Counted from the stretch's first letter, positions 1 through 15,580 are shown. The stretch: DNA of 64,000 nucleotides from Eledone cirrhosa (GCA_964016885.1 OZ024744.1:111538001-111602000); one strand, 5' to 3'. Notes: generated from the letters alone by a model not told the origin. Numbers and translations: made by a program.

Positions 1-76
1 TGATACGCTTAATTACATAAGTAAGCATTCCAACCATCCTGCCAGCAGAACCAAGAACCTGGTAAGAAACGTTTCG

Positions 77-874
77 TTGAGGCTTTCCCGTCTTTCCACC
101 AACGAGCGCATTTTCAACGACCATTCCACTTATTACAATGAAGCTCTTGCTCGAAATGGATTTGTCGATAAGGTAGCATATACAGAGTACGAAAATAGAC
201 CTAGAAGAAATAGATCCTGTCGCATTTGTTGGTTTAACCCACCATATAATATGGAGGTGGCCACACCATTAGCTAAGATCTTTCTTTCCCTTATTACGAA
301 GCATTTTCCTCCTACACATAAATATAGTAAAATTTTTAATAGAAATACTATTAAAATTTCTTACTCTACGACTCCTAACCTTGCACATAACATCACAGCT
401 TCAAATTTAGCTAAACTACCTAGCCGTAGGAACACGTGCAACCCTTTAGTTAGTACTAACTGTAATTGTAGGAATCGGGCTGATTGCCCCCTATCCGGGA
501 AATGCCTCTCTAGTAACATTGTCTACAAATGTAAGGTTGTAACACCCACGTCCCGTAGGGCCTACATAGGGTTAACCGCCAATAGTTTCAAGCAGCGTCT
601 TTACATGCATACCCATTCTTTTCGTTACCCTCTAAGAAGGATTATGACGTCACTTTCAGCTTATATCTGGAGTCTAAAAGACAAGCACACCCAATATACG
701 TTACACTGGGAGATCCTAGCTAGGGCTAGATCGTATAACGGAAATAAAAGACCATGTGACCTCTGCGCCGCTGAGGCCCTGGAAATACTCTACGCCACAG
801 ACCACATCTTAAACAAAAAATCTGAGGCAATTTCGGCTTGTAAACATAAATTGCACAAAACTTTCCTGTATTAA
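77..874 (+). CDS. PLE polyprotein C-terminal part (thumb/linker plus GIY-YIG endonuclease)
   Basis: WFNPPY, CNCRNRADCPLSGKC, NIVYKC...YIGLT, CDLC..E, LNKKSE..C.H motifs. Confidence 0.88.
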   Translation: MRLSRLSTNERIFNDHSTYYNEALARNGFVDKVAYTEYENRPRRNRSCRICWFNPPYNMEVATPLAKIFLSLITKHFPPTHKYSKIFNRNTIKISYSTTPNLAHNITASNLAKLPSRRNTCNPLVSTNCNCRNRADCPLSGKCLSSNIVYKCKVVTPTSRRAYIGLTANSFKQRLYMHTHSFRYPLRRIMTSLSAYIWSLKDKHTQYTLHWEILARARSYNGNKRPCDLCAAEALEILYATDHILNKKSEAISACKHKLHKTFLY

Positions 875-1828
875 GCCCCACGTTATACCCTAAAGGATAG
901 CACGATCTATACGTGGATATTTTACGTCTTGATGTGGGAGCTAAGTATATGTTTTGTTTATTCCTTTACTTATTTGCATAGGTAAGTATATATTACCCGT
1001 ATGTTTTGTGAAGGTATGTATACCTTCTCGTACGTATATTTGACTGTTATGGCGTATAATTTTTACATATTCTGGTATTTAGGGTTTGGCTATGTGTATA
1101 CGGGAGTTTTGCGTCTGCGTGAGTATGCAGGTTCGTATGTATGGTGGGTGTGTGTATATGTGTACTTCTTGTTTTAGTTGACTTACGTCTCCGAACATTC
1201 GTGTATTTATATGTAGGTATGCGTGTGCGCTTGTTATATACGTATTTATTTACTTATATACGTTTATATAATTATTTATTTATTTGTACACAAGCATACA
1301 CACACACACATATTTATATGTGTGTGGTTTTGTATACCTATGGTAAGGTTTTGCGTATGCTTGTGTATGTACGTATCTGTTTGCGTGTATGTATTTATTT
1401 GTTTCTATTACTTCTGTATTGTATTTATTTACTTTGTTCTTAACTCTGTAGCGGAGATTCATTTGGTCTCCTAGTTAGAATTTTAGTCTACGACTTCTGC
1501 TATACCATTTACGTGGTTTTGTCTTTGCGTGCTATTGTTCTCCACGCTCCACATATGACTTATTATCTTCGTTTTTTCGTTCATTGCCAGAGAACGTCTC
1601 TATGCACCACCTAAGAGAACATTAGTCTACGACCTCTTTTATACCATAAACGTGCTTCTGTCTTTGCGCGTAATTGTTTTTCACCGCTCCTATTAATAAC
1701 GTATTATTCGTTTTTTCCCGTTCTTTGCCAGCGAACGTAACCACGAACCAAAGTATCGTCTTCCTGTCTTCCTCCGGTTGCAACGTTTTTTGACATATCC
1801 AGTTCTGCGTTTACAGATTGACTTTGTT

Positions 1829-1879
1829 AGTTTCAGAAGATCCCGTTAAGGGTGAAAGCAGCGATTCTTTGCTTAAACT
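1829..1879 (+). ncRNA. Type I hammerhead-like motif, family A, non-canonical core CAGAAGA (copies 3500-3550, 35535-35585, 56668-56719, 63275-63325)
   Basis: AGTTT-CAGAAGA-tCCC gttaa GGGt-GAAA-GCA..TGC-TT-AAACT; stems I-III pair. Confidence 0.72.
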
Positions 1880-1895
1880 TTAATCTGTTATTTTA

Positions 1896-2052
<157 letters not shown>

Positions 2053-2453
2053 CGTCTGCGACTTCACAGAACTTATGTTTACCGAATTCGCAGACCAGAC
2101 CCCTTCTTCCTCCCCTTAGACCTGTGCGAAATTCCTTCCTTGCTCACATTTCAACCAGGTTTGATGGTCTTTATTCTCTCGTTCACGATTCCACCGAATT
2201 TATATTCATAGAAATCTGGGACTTGTTTCCTTCTTCATCACTTTCTGTTGCTTAAACCATTTTGTTTGTTTACCCTAGCGTCCCCTTTATTTACGTGTTC
2301 CAACGACTTTTTTTAGCCGTTGCTCGCACTAACCTGAGGTATATGGTCTTTAAAGCGATGAAATGCCTACGATGGTTGGAAGGCCACTGATGAAGGACAA
2401 ACTTTTTCATATGTAACCCATTTGCAACGCCGCAGCTCCATTATTATCATATT

Positions 2454-2558
<105 letters not shown>

Positions 2559-3147
2559 CCCCGCCCCCACACATATATATATCACCCCACATAAGCACAC
2601 GTGGACGGTACACGGAGCCAGATGTGCGTGCCTTACTATCATACGAGTTATATGTATTTTCCAACACATCGTCCTTTGCACGTATCACCCACATGTCTGC
2701 GTCCCCGCATATGCACACACCAACGAGATAAGGGTACTCACAGTCAGGGGACCCATGCCATGCTACTATAAGGCGAAGCAGGGTCGCATACAAACAGATA
2801 TGCACATACACATATACACACTCACTCGCCCACACATACGCCCATATATTCACATCCATACGTAAACGTACATACCAACATGCGTGTACACACATGAGAC
2901 AGGTGTATGTGTATCAGCATTGCCGTTGTATGTAGATGATGTCACGTGAGGGTTAAATGGTGGTAGAAAGGATATAAGAAGTGATGTTGAATAACGGTGG
3001 TGATCACTCGATGATCAGAGAGTGGGATTGCTCGAGTGCAAGGCCTTTACCCACTTAAAAAAAACCTTCGAAGAACAGGCATTGCATGCTCAGGATATGT
3101 TACAGGTTCGTGTGGCTGGGCTACACACACACACACACACAAACACA

Positions 3148-3287
<140 letters not shown>

Positions 3288-3427
3288 GAGAAGAAAGAAG
3301 AATACTGCGTGGTTGCACATGGGTTACACATGATAAAAATAGTCCTTCGTCAGTGATTTGCCAACCATCATTGATATTTCATCGCATTATATATATATAT
3401 ATATATAACAGGATCTTCTGAAACTAA

Positions 3428-3503
<76 letters not shown>

Positions 3504-3669
3504 TCAGAAGATCCCGTTACGGGTGAAAGCAGCGATTCTTTGCTTAAACTTTAATCTGTTATTTTAATAAATATTTGCTCTACGGTTCTTATATATTTGA
3601 TATATATTTATCCTTATCGAGCCCTCTTTGGATTTTAGTCTTCAAATTTATTATTATTACTATATATAT

Positions 3670-4025
3670 ATAACCAAAGATTAATATGGTTCATTGATTA
3701 CTCAATGAATATAGTTTTACAATAGATTAAAAGCACTCTACGGAAATAGTTTTCTGGAGTTATTAATATTATTCAGAATATTAATAAATGAAGACAATCA
3801 CATAATCAAAATATGTTTTATTATATATATTTCGAAGGTACTGTGTTGTTTTTTCAGTACGTCCTAGACAGATGAAATACATGAATTGAGGTATGTCATA
3901 CATCAATTCATGTATTTTATCTGACGAGGACGTACTGAAAAAACAACACAGTACCTTCGAAATATATATAATAAAACATATATTTTGATTATATGAATGT
4001 CTTCATTTATTAATATTCTAAATAA

Positions 4026-4030
<5 letters not shown>
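3670..4030. mobile_element. Fold-back (palindromic) PLE pLTR remnant in (TA)n; related fold-back at 5775-6040
   Basis: Arms of about 130 bp inverted around ~3895; contains the family B HHR. Confidence 0.8.
3915..3976 (+). ncRNA. Type I HHR, family B (also 5851-5899 + and 39906-39958 +)
   Basis: TTTTAT-CTGACGA-GGAcGTACTG..CAGTACcTTC-GAAA-TATATA-TA-ATAAAA. Confidence 0.82.
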
Positions 4031-4057
<27 letters not shown>

Positions 4058-4098
4058 TCGTTTCTGAATTTGTTGGCAACATGACCCTCCCAAAGTAT

Positions 4099-4184
<86 letters not shown>

Positions 4185-4187
<3 letters not shown>

Positions 4188-4472
4188 CAAGCCACACGAA
4201 CCTGTATGAATAACGGGAAGCTCATGAATACAACAACACTCGCCAATAAAATCTGGCAACTCGGAGATGCAAACCTGGAATATAAAATCAGCTAGGCGAA
4301 GCTATCAACAACAATAGCCTATAGAATTGGCATGTCCCACTGTGGTCTTTGTAATATGGAGCTTTTCCAAATTTTAAATTACAACAAAATGCTACTTAAT
4401 AGCAAAATTGAAAGAACTATTTTCTGTAGGCATAAAACGGGGACCATATTTGAGAACTTTAGACCAGCTTAA
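4185..4472 (+). pseudogene. Degraded PLE GIY-YIG C-terminus
   Basis: TTTLANKIWQL...YKI; CGLCNME...LLNSKIE..FCRHK, with stops and frameshifts. Confidence 0.75.
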
Positions 4473-5243
4473 TTCATCCAATCTATTCCATAACCCAAAT
4501 TGTACCACTTAGATCTATTATAATATCTTATAATATCCTATTATCATCATTGTTATTATAATTGCCATCATCTATCAATGAACCAATATCATAACCTCTT
4601 ATATTTTACATTCATATTTTATATATCTCTATCTTTCACTTTCTATCTTTCTATTTCTCTCCCTAAATTTATTTCATCTCTGGCATTTTATATTATTCTA
4701 TCTTATCATATCATTTTCACTTCTAATATAACTTGCAACTAATTAATCAGATAATTAATTAATTATATAATTAATTTATTTATTATTAATTTATAATAAC
4801 CACTACACACATAAATATATACCTTCGTATCTCTCTATATTTTAACCACTCTCAACCACTTTCAATAATCTTAATATGTTTAAATTTCTTCACACATTTT
4901 TACTTATTTATTTTCATATTTTATATTATTTTGTATCATCCTCGATGTAACTTGTTTATTTATTTACATTTATTCATGTATTAACATTTATTCATTTATT
5001 GTTGTTATCATTATTTTCCCTCTATTTTTCTTTTTCTCTACCTTTATTTCTCCTTTATCCTTTTCTCTCCTCTTTCTATCTTCCTTTCTCTATGTCTTTT
5101 TTCTCTCTATATCATTCTCTGTTTTCCTTTCTTCTTTTTCTTTTTTTCTTTTTCTTTTTCTTTTTTTTTCTTTTTCTTTTTCTTTTTCTTTTTCCTTTTT
5201 CTTTCTTTCTTTTATCTAGCTCTCTTTCTTTTTTCTCTCTCTA

Positions 5244-5430
5244 GTGAATTGGCAGTATCGGTAGAGGGTGGGACGTCATGCTTTGACGCATAGAATTACG
5301 GCCCTTTCCATTCTGAGTTCAAATCCCGCCGAGGTCAACTTTGCCTTTCATCCTTACGGGGTCGATAAAATAAAGTACCAGTAATGTACTGGTTAATTGC
5401 TGGCTTTGTGCCAAAAGTAGAAACAATTAT
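5244..5430 (+). mobile_element. tRNA-headed SINE with Meta-like central domain; 5'-truncated copy at 63047-63151
   Basis: A-box-like TGGCAGTATCGG, B box GAGTTCAAATCC, GCCTTTCATCCTTACGGGGTCGATAAA..GTACCAG, (ATT)n tail. Confidence 0.8.
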
Positions 5431-5682
5431 TAATATTATTAATGATACTGTAATTTGAATTTGTAAATTTACCGGATATTTTTGTAGTTGTCTCTGATGA
5501 TCTGATTAAGATAACATTGTATTTGAAATTGAGTGGCACTGCTTCTAGTGTTCAGCAATTTTTAGACAACTTAATCAGTGAAACAATTGTTAGACTGTAA
5601 ATATAACCCTTTTTTGTACTGTTGACCATGTTATTCTTCACTTTTTCAATTATACACACACACGCGCACACACACAAACACA

Positions 5683-5777
<95 letters not shown>

Positions 5778-6037
5778 TAAAATATAAATATTAATAAAAT
5801 AGATGTTCTTTTGATCAATTAAATGTTATTATACATATTTCAGAGGTACATGTCTGATGAGGACGTACTGTTGTACATCTGAAATATGTATAATAAAATT
5901 TAATTGATCAAAAGAACATCTATTTTATTAATATTTATATTTTAATATTAATAACTCTGGAAAATATTTATTCTAGAGTGCTTCCAATCTACTGTAAAAC
6001 TTATTCTTTGATGTACTCATTGAATCTTGTTTAACTC

Positions 6038-6137
<100 letters not shown>

Positions 6138-6667
6138 CCAATTGAGTTCTAGCACGTGGCTTGAATTCTTTTCAGAATTCATTGACCTGCGCATGTATTG
6201 TTTTTTTGCAGTAATCTCCTTCCACCTATTTTAGTGACAGTGTGAAATTTTCTTTAGAACTGCTGGACTAACAACCTAGCAGCTCCCTCAAGCACTGATG
6301 GTGATTATCGCTAAATATTGATGTTGATTTGGTTATCAATATTAATATTATTGGGCACCCACTGGAGAATTATAAGAGCCCACTTGAATAAGTATATACA
6401 AGCTTCTACATAAATTGGTATAATTTCACCCAACTTGTAGAAATCTTATATTGAAACGAGACGTCCGTCTGGGAAGAGAGATATTTGATATATCTTATTT
6501 GAAATGATACAGCCAATTTTCCACACAATACGATTATTTAGCACCCCGAACATTTAATTAGGAATATACTCAGGTATTTCCTAATGTTTGTTGAGTGAGC
6601 TGGAATTTGGCCGGAGTATCGCTTTTAGCTTTCTCCGATTATGTGTTTATATATATATATATATATA

Positions 6668-7645
6668 ATATTGTTATACTTTGGGAGGGTCATGTTGCCA
6701 ATAAGAAACACACGCACCAGTTGCTTTCACTTCAATTTATTATAATAAATTTATAATAATTTTATAAATTTATAAATTTCTGGTTGGTTGGTTGGTTCCA
6801 CAAACAGATAGTTGTTTATATATAGTCATAGTTCTTTTGTCACACACTCTGTGACCTCTTCAGTGACTGGGGATTCCTTTCTTTGTTTCTGTGCCTCTCC
6901 TTTGTTCTGTCCTACGCCATTTTGTTTCTGTGTGTGTGTGTTGTGTGCTCAGTCTGCGCATGCGCCACATCCGAGTGTCTATGTGTGTTTATATTCATTT
7001 ATTTATTTGTTTATTTACATGTTACTGGTTGGTTGTTTGTTCTATGTGTGTGTGTGTTTTCATTTTGTCCTTAATTGTAAGTTGTGATGTTGCTGTTCCA
7101 CTCATATTTTCTATTTAATTTTGGTTGTAATTCTTTTATGTTTATTGCCTCTGTAATTTGTCTAAACATTGCGTCTTTTCTGTGTGTAGATTCTATTTTT
7201 ATTTCTATGTTCTCTAATTTACCCTTGTGTTCTATTTTAGCATGTTGGTAGAGTACAGATGATTCTTTATTATCTTGAAGGTCTCGCCAGTGTTCATTTA
7301 TCCGTTCCCCTACACTACGAGCTGTCTCACCTATGTACACTATATTTGTGTCTCTACATTGTCCTTCAGTACATCTTATGCTATACACTACATTTCTAGT
7401 TTTACAGTTAATATGGGGGCTTATTTTACAGGTTATACATTTCTTATCTATACATGAGGGTCTTTGAAAAGGGTATGTCTTGCTAATAAGAAATTTATAA
7501 ATTTATAAATTTATTATAAATTTATTATAAATTTATAAATTTATTATAAATTTATTATAAATTTATAAATTTATTATAAATTGAAGTGAAAGCAACTGGT
7601 GCGTGTGTCTTATTGGCAACATGACCCTCCCAAAGTATAACAATA
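6668..7645 (-). mobile_element. 5'-truncated PLE (family C) with inverted 5' arm 7490-7645; second copy 63477-64000
   Basis: ORF 7071..7388 with YSIRC..C..YIGETARS..ER..EH..RQITEA..LNRKYEW (GIY-YIG); arm inverts 6668-6780. Confidence 0.85.
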
Positions 7646-8063
7646 TCGGTTTCAACACACGATTTCAGATAAAGAATCTTGCTAAACAAATTCAGAAACG
7701 AAATATATATATAATATAAAACGAAAAATCAGTGATGCATTTGAAATCAATTTATTGTGTGTTACAATTGTTTCGCCGGCGGAAAGCTCGAGACACGATC
7801 ATTGCATGGATCTTGTCTGACTCTGGGCTTGCGTGCTCGTCGGACACGTCAAATACTTTCGGAGGAAATTCTTTCACTGGGGTGTTCGCGTCAAAACTTT
7901 CACTGGGGTGTTGGCGTCAAAAAATATCCTCTTCGCGGGTCCCGTTATTGGCTGGTGCTTTTCTACGTCATCGTAAATCTGACCAACAGGTGCCAATTCT
8001 GCTGACCATTCTGCCACACTTCGATGAGTTACTACTGGTTTTGGTAGTTCACACGTCCACGCG

Positions 8064-8155
<92 letters not shown>

Positions 8156-8340
8156 CAAAGAAAACAATATCCGTACGCATAGACTCCCGCTATACACACA
8201 CACACACTTACTTAGGAGGATATATATTAAAAAAAACTATAGACATACACATACACAGACACCTGCCTACATGCCCTTATACGGACACAGATACAGACTC
8301 GCACGCAAACACACACACGCCCACACACACATACATATAT

Positions 8341-8580
8341 AAAGGAACGATCGACTTTCGTCAAATCGGACCGAGGGAACAATGTTTCCGTCGGTCTTTC
8401 CAATTGCTAATACTATCTATCGGTCGCAACTCCAGGTAGAAGGAGCAACGTGAAATAAAGTGTCTTGCTCAAGGACATAACGCATCGCCTGGTCTAGGAA
8501 TCGAACTCACAACCTTACGATTACGAATCCAATTCTCTAACCACTCAGCCACACGCCTTCACACGCCACACGCCTTCACA
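8341..8580 (-). mobile_element. tRNA(Arg-like)-derived SINE; second copy 31136-31358 (+)
   Basis: A box TGGCTGAGTGG, B box GAGTTCGATTC, GTCCTTGAGCAAGACACTT core, (TA)n tail; the two copies are near-identical. Confidence 0.88.
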
Positions 8581-8581
8581 T

Positions 8582-8704
<123 letters not shown>

Positions 8705-8743
8705 TATATATACACACATATATATATACACACACATACATAC

Positions 8744-8776
<33 letters not shown>

Positions 8777-9156
8777 TATATATCTATATATATATATATA
8801 TATATATATGTATAGATGTATGTGTATGTGTGCGTACGTGTGCGTACATATATACATATGTATATTGTACCTTTTGATTTTTATTGTAACTTTAATATTG
8901 GTAAAAGTATATTATATTATATTATATTATATTGTATTATATATAATTCCTGCTCTATATAACCACCTTTGATTAGCTCTAGGCTTTTTTTTGCTTTGGA
9001 CTATATTTGTAATATGGTTCTTAATGTTATACACCTCCTTAGTGATTTTTATTATATATTTTTACCCATAATCTTGCAATACTTTAGTGTATGTACACTC
9101 CATATTCTTCGGAGTTTCTGGCATGTATTGGCCGATAATACTTCTTGTTGTTTTAA

Positions 9157-9199
9157 TTGCCCTGATGAGTCCTTAATAGGACGAAACATTGTTGGCTAA
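9157..9199 (+). ncRNA. Minimal type I HHR, family D
   Basis: GCC-CTGATGA-GTCC ttaata GGAC-GAAA-CATTG-TT-GGC. Confidence 0.85.
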
Positions 9200-9649
9200 T
9201 AAAGACTTTTGATGTATTGAAGGCTTCTTTGTTTTACTTTCATAATTCTTCGGCTCTGTTTAATTACATTGAGCTATACCTTTTACTGTCATTTCTATAA
9301 TACGAAGAGGGTGTTTAACTCCAACACGCTCCAGTATTTTAACCCTTATATATATATATATACACACACACATACTTATATATATGTATTTATATATACA
9401 TATCTATACCCACGTACACACATACATATATTCACACCAACAAGCCCTTTCGCTACATTATGTGCTTGTACACACACACATACACACACACATAAACACA
9501 CACACTGGCCCATATACGCTCATACAAATATGCGTATATTCACATACAGGCCCACGCACGCCTACAAAGATATATATACACTTACACACACACACACAAA
9601 CATATACACACATACACATACACATATATACATATACATATATACATAT

Positions 9650-9704
<55 letters not shown>

Positions 9705-10315
9705 AATAGGATATATACACAAGGCCATATAAGGATACGCAATGGGTCATACAATTGGTCATGCATGAATGATGCATTTTGTTATAAGCATGCACATATA
9801 CAAACAATATAATCATACACATATATACCTATATATACACACACATATATCTACACATATATATATATATATACACATCCATATATACACATACGTATAT
9901 ACACATATATAAAAAATAAACATGCAATATATTAAAGGTGTAGATATAACGTCCCAGAGAGATATATAAAAAGAATGAGGAATGTGTATAGTATAAGATA
10001 TTACACAGGAGAAGCATGAGATATACAGAAAATATACAGACAATATAATGTGTTACAAGATGGGATACGTGGAGAGTATGGACTCTCTATTGAAAAGATA
10101 CACATGCATAGGGGTGCGTGGACCGACCATACTGGAGTATGTCACTGTGGCACCGGCTCGGGCTATGTTCTTTCCTAGGGTGACGTGCAGAGTTGGATAT
10201 GCATCCCGGGTTATTTCGGTTTACCCCACACGGCATATATAGTCATCAGGGTATGTTGTCTGATGCCTAGAACCCGTTTCGCCGCTCTGGTCGGCGTACG
10301 CTCCGCCACATGCCT

Positions 10316-11061
10316 TTAGCCTAGGCTTCCCGGTGGATTCCATGCGGAGAGTGTGCACCTTCTCTGGTGTTTGCAGGTCATGATTATTTCCGATTTCAGG
10401 TTGACCGCATCATCGTTCAGTCTGACTATCTCCATGGCCTCGTATAGGCATAGCCTACACTTTCTATTTCCAGCCGAGTATGCATTCGCGTGCCGGACGA
10501 TACTCCAGTCAAGGGCATACGGGGCGCCCTTGTCCTTCAAGTCCCACACCAGGTCTGCCAGCCTAGTAGAGTGTCTCTTATCCCGGTCCTTGAAAGAGTT
10601 CGTGTGGTTATACATCCGCGATTTAAAGGTCGTGGATGTTGTGCCGATGTAGGTGCGCTTCATATTGTGTGTGCTAACCACACATTTATATACCAGGCCC
10701 TTCGTCAGGCATCGTCCTTGCAGGGGGAACTGCGTGCCCGCTCTGCAGTTGCACGTTCTGTCGTTATGTTATTCATTTCGGACGCCTGGCCTCTGATCTC
10801 CTAGGGCCCTCTCCGGATTCTCAGGGTGTTGTTCCGCCGACACCGTGGTATCTCCTCCGCCACTCATTCCCGCCCGGCGTTGGGTTGTATGGTCTTCCGC
10901 GGGCGTGGCGGCCACCGCGAGGGCCGGGTTGTGGTTGGAAGACTGGTCTGCGAGGGGCCCTCCGTGCTCCGATGGACGGTCATTCTGCCGCCGTGGATGA
11001 CGGTCGGGGTTCCCCATCTTCGCCGCGTTGGTTTAGGCCATGTAGTCGGCCATGTTAGGTG

Positions 11062-11066
<5 letters not shown>
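10316..11066 (-). pseudogene. GC-rich PLE fragment: linker plus GIY-YIG endonuclease
   Basis: YTAPNMADYMA*TNAAK (equivalent to the YSTTPNL motif), CNCRA...YIGTTSTTFKSRMYNH, CRLCLYE, VNLKSE..CKH. Confidence 0.85.
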
Positions 11067-11096
<30 letters not shown>

Positions 11097-11101
<5 letters not shown>

Positions 11102-11735
11102 GGAAAAAATGAAACGATATTTCATTTCCCACTCTTAGTACGGCTGTTACTTAAATATAAGTATGTACACGTACATACATATATGTATACAGACGTACAG
11201 TAGTATGTATATATATATATACATACATGCACACATATATATATGCACGTATGGATTCACCGAATATTTATTATAATGCTCGGTGTGTTTGTAAACAAAC
11301 ATCCCGTATTAAGCCGTAGTGTCTAGCAACCACCGTTGCTCGTTTGTTCAACACTGACAAAGGAACGCTGTACTAGTTTCAAGCTTATTAGCTATCGTCA
11401 GCAACGTATACCTTCCTGCCAGATTGTTGAACGTATATACTTACCTTATGCATATTAACGGCTGAGTAGCCCAATTTGCATATCGAGTGGGTTAATCGGC
11501 CGGGTGCACCGAAAACGATAAACGGAAAAAATGAAACGATATTTCATTTCCCACTCTTAGTACGGCTGTTACTTAAATATAAGTATGTACACGTACACAC
11601 ATATATGTATACCGACGTACAGTAGTATGTATATATATACATACATACATGCACACATATATATATGTACGTATGGATTCACCGAATATTTATTATAATG
11701 CTCGGTGTGTTTGTAAACAAACATCCCGTATTAAG
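11097..11735 (-). mobile_element. Non-coding HHR-bearing element (family E), 1.5 head-to-tail units of 422 nt; other copies 18245-18635 and fold-back 38648-39280
   Basis: Direct repeat at 11101/11523; no ORF between repeats; HHR at 11365-11407. Confidence 0.78.
11365..11407 (-). ncRNA. Minimal type I HHR, family E (also 18509-18551 -, 38860-38902 -, 39033-39075 +)
   Basis: ACGTTG-CTGACGA-tAGCT aata AGCTt-GAAA-CTAG-TA-CAGCGT; the 18.5 kb copy has compensatory ACGATG/CATCGT. Confidence 0.9.
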
Positions 11736-12886
<1,151 letters not shown>

Positions 12887-13452
12887 AATATATATATATA
12901 TATATATAGTTAAAATAATAGAGGTGTAACACACAAGTTATTATATATTGGTAAACGGAATAGAAAATGCTGACAAATTGTTCACAGTTGAAAAATGGTT
13001 TAATTAGGAATAAAAGAGTATTAGTGATTGTATGGGTTAGTATTCAGTTGTGGTTTTAAGTTTTTAAGTTTTTACCGGTTGCGCATTTCTAAATGCTTTT
13101 CAAAAATAATTTTGAGATAGAGTGTCCGTGCTGTTTGCTCTGATCTGATTAGTTTTGGGAATTCTACCTGTTTTTATGTTAAAAAAGTGGCTCCAGCGTT
13201 ATTTTTGTGTTGCAAAAATTCTTGTGGTCAAAACAATTTTGATTGGTCGGTAGAGGTCATGTGAATGTAAAAAGTTGATTTTGCGCCAAGACTGTTTTTA
13301 TGTTAAAAAAGTGGCTCCAGCAAAAATTCTTGGTCAAAACAATTTTGATTGGTCGGTAGAGGTCATGTGAATAAAAAATTGGTTTTGCGCCAAGATTGAG
13401 AAATGACTCTTTCACAAGAAATATGTGTGTGTGTGTGTGTATGTGTGTGTGT

Positions 13453-15401
13453 CAAACCTCAACAAGAAAGAATGGGAAGAATTAAATAGATTAAAAACCG
13501 ACAGAACCATTACAATTAAAGAGGCTGATAAAGGGAGTACAGTAGTCCTAATGGAGACAGAATTCTATATCAACTTAGCGCTCTCCACTTTGGAAAACGA
13601 AACATACTACGAAAAGGCTGAACACTACAATCAACAATAAATTATGAGAAACCTAAAAACTCTAATCAACCAATACAAAGAAGGACTCACTAACAAGGAA
13701 TTCAGCTTCATCACAGACTTCACAAGTAAATCCAGCCTTTTCTACGGTATCCCTAAAGTACATAAAAGCGAATCAATAAGTAAGGCATGCAAGGAAGCCA
13801 CAGACATAGTCATCAATGTCCCCTCACCCAATGATCTCAAATTAAGACCTATAATAGCAGGCCCCGCTTGCGAAACGCACCGTCTTAGCAACTTCATTGA
13901 TACCCTTCTCAAACCCTTCCTCAAGCACATCAAAAGCTATATAAGGGACGACCTAGATATGCTCAATCACCTCCCTAATATGCCACTTTCTGAACAAACC
14001 CTACTAGTGACGTTCGATGTAGTCAACCTATACTCCAACATCTCCCACAACCTAGGAATAGAAGCTATCCAATTCTGGCTGGATAATTTCCACAATGAAC
14101 TTCTACAACGCATCAAAAAAGAATTCGTGATAGAGGGACTCAAATTTATCTTGGAGAACAATTACTTCGTTTTCAATAACAAACCCTACAGGCAGAAATC
14201 TGGGACCGCTATGGGAACGAAAGCAGCCCCTACTTATGCCAACCTAGTCATGGGATACCTGGAAATCACCCTCTACACTAAAGTCCTAAACAAATTTGGA
14301 AACACCCTCCACTTACACATTGAAAGGAACTGGAAGCGATATCTAGATGACTGCTTCATCCTTTGGCACGAAAACATCGAAAAACTTAAAGAATTTCACA
14401 CCCTTATAAATGGGCTCAACACAAATATTAACTTCACGATGGAATACAGCCATCAACAACTCCCCTTCCTCGACATCCTCATTAAGATTCATAACAAAAA
14501 CATAGAAACAGACATATACTACAAGCCCACAGACTCCAAGCAATATCTCCCCTTCAACTCTTGCCACCCTAGACACGTTAAAATTAATATTCCCTACAAC
14601 TTAGCCAAGAGAATCTGTACTATAGTCTCCAATAAAAACATCTGCTACTTACGGCTACAAGAACTAAAGGACACACTCATAGGCAGGGACTACCCTGCAT
14701 CACTAATTGACAATGGAATCCAACGTGCCCTAAAACTCAGTACCCAGGACCTTAGACACCCTAAAGTAAATCAACCAAAACTAAAAGCTCTTCCATACAT
14801 CTCCACACACAACCCCCTCAACAATGAGGCCTTTGACACCATCCTCCAGAACATCCCTGTATTGAAAAAGGACCATAGAATGAACCAAATTCTACGAACA
14901 CACGATATCATAAAGAGCAAAAGACAATCCAAGTCAATGAAAAACATCTTAACACATGCCAAAGTACTGCCAACCACAACAACGAAACCCACAGTAAAAA
15001 AATGCGATAGACCCAACTGTGGCATTTGCATCAACCTAATAGAGGGTTCGGAATTCTATTTCAAAGATGGACAACGTTTTATAGTAAAACACAATTTCAC
15101 ATGTGCATCGGAAAATCTAATATATGTATTAACTTGTTCAGGTTGTCGAGAACAATACATAGGCCAGACCAAAAACAGCCTCCGCCAACGCATGACTGTC
15201 CATAGATCCCAAATTAAAATACGGGAATACAGGAAAATACCACTGAGTGAACACATTGATACCTGTGCCGCCCAAAATCATCCCAACTTCAGAATCTTTC
15301 CCCTCTACAAATTTAAAGATAATGCCACCCACACCCAGCGCATCAGCAAGGAATCTTACTTCATTAACAAATACGGACCCCGTCTAAACACTTCTCCCTA
15401 A
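13453..15401 (+). pseudogene. PLE RT plus GIY-YIG polyprotein, 5'-truncated, one in-frame TAA at 13638-13640 (585-aa ORF 13644..15401 follows)
   Basis: IKEADKG, LRPII, FDVVNLYSNI, GTAMG, RYLDD, FLD, CDRPNCGIC, NLIYVLTC..C..YIGQT. Confidence 0.92.
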
Positions 15402-15539
15402 GACGAACCCACAACATACACACGTCAACATACATATCTACATCAGCACACATCTCTACCCACATATAAACACAATGACACACGTAAACACACATGCTCT
15501 ATGGTGCAATACAAAAAAATATATGTGCATATATATGTA

Positions 15540-15580
<41 letters not shown>

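Noticed and set aside
5487-5571. AGTTGTCT-CTGATGA...GAAATTG...CAATTTTT-AGACAACT hammerhead-like layout
   Set aside because: Stem I is a perfect 8 bp, but stem II is not closed at GAAA and there are three extra nt at the cleavage site; at best a decayed HHR, not counted
8341-8580. SINE head as a tRNA gene (also 31136)
   Set aside because: No proper acceptor stem; continues into a SINE body and tail
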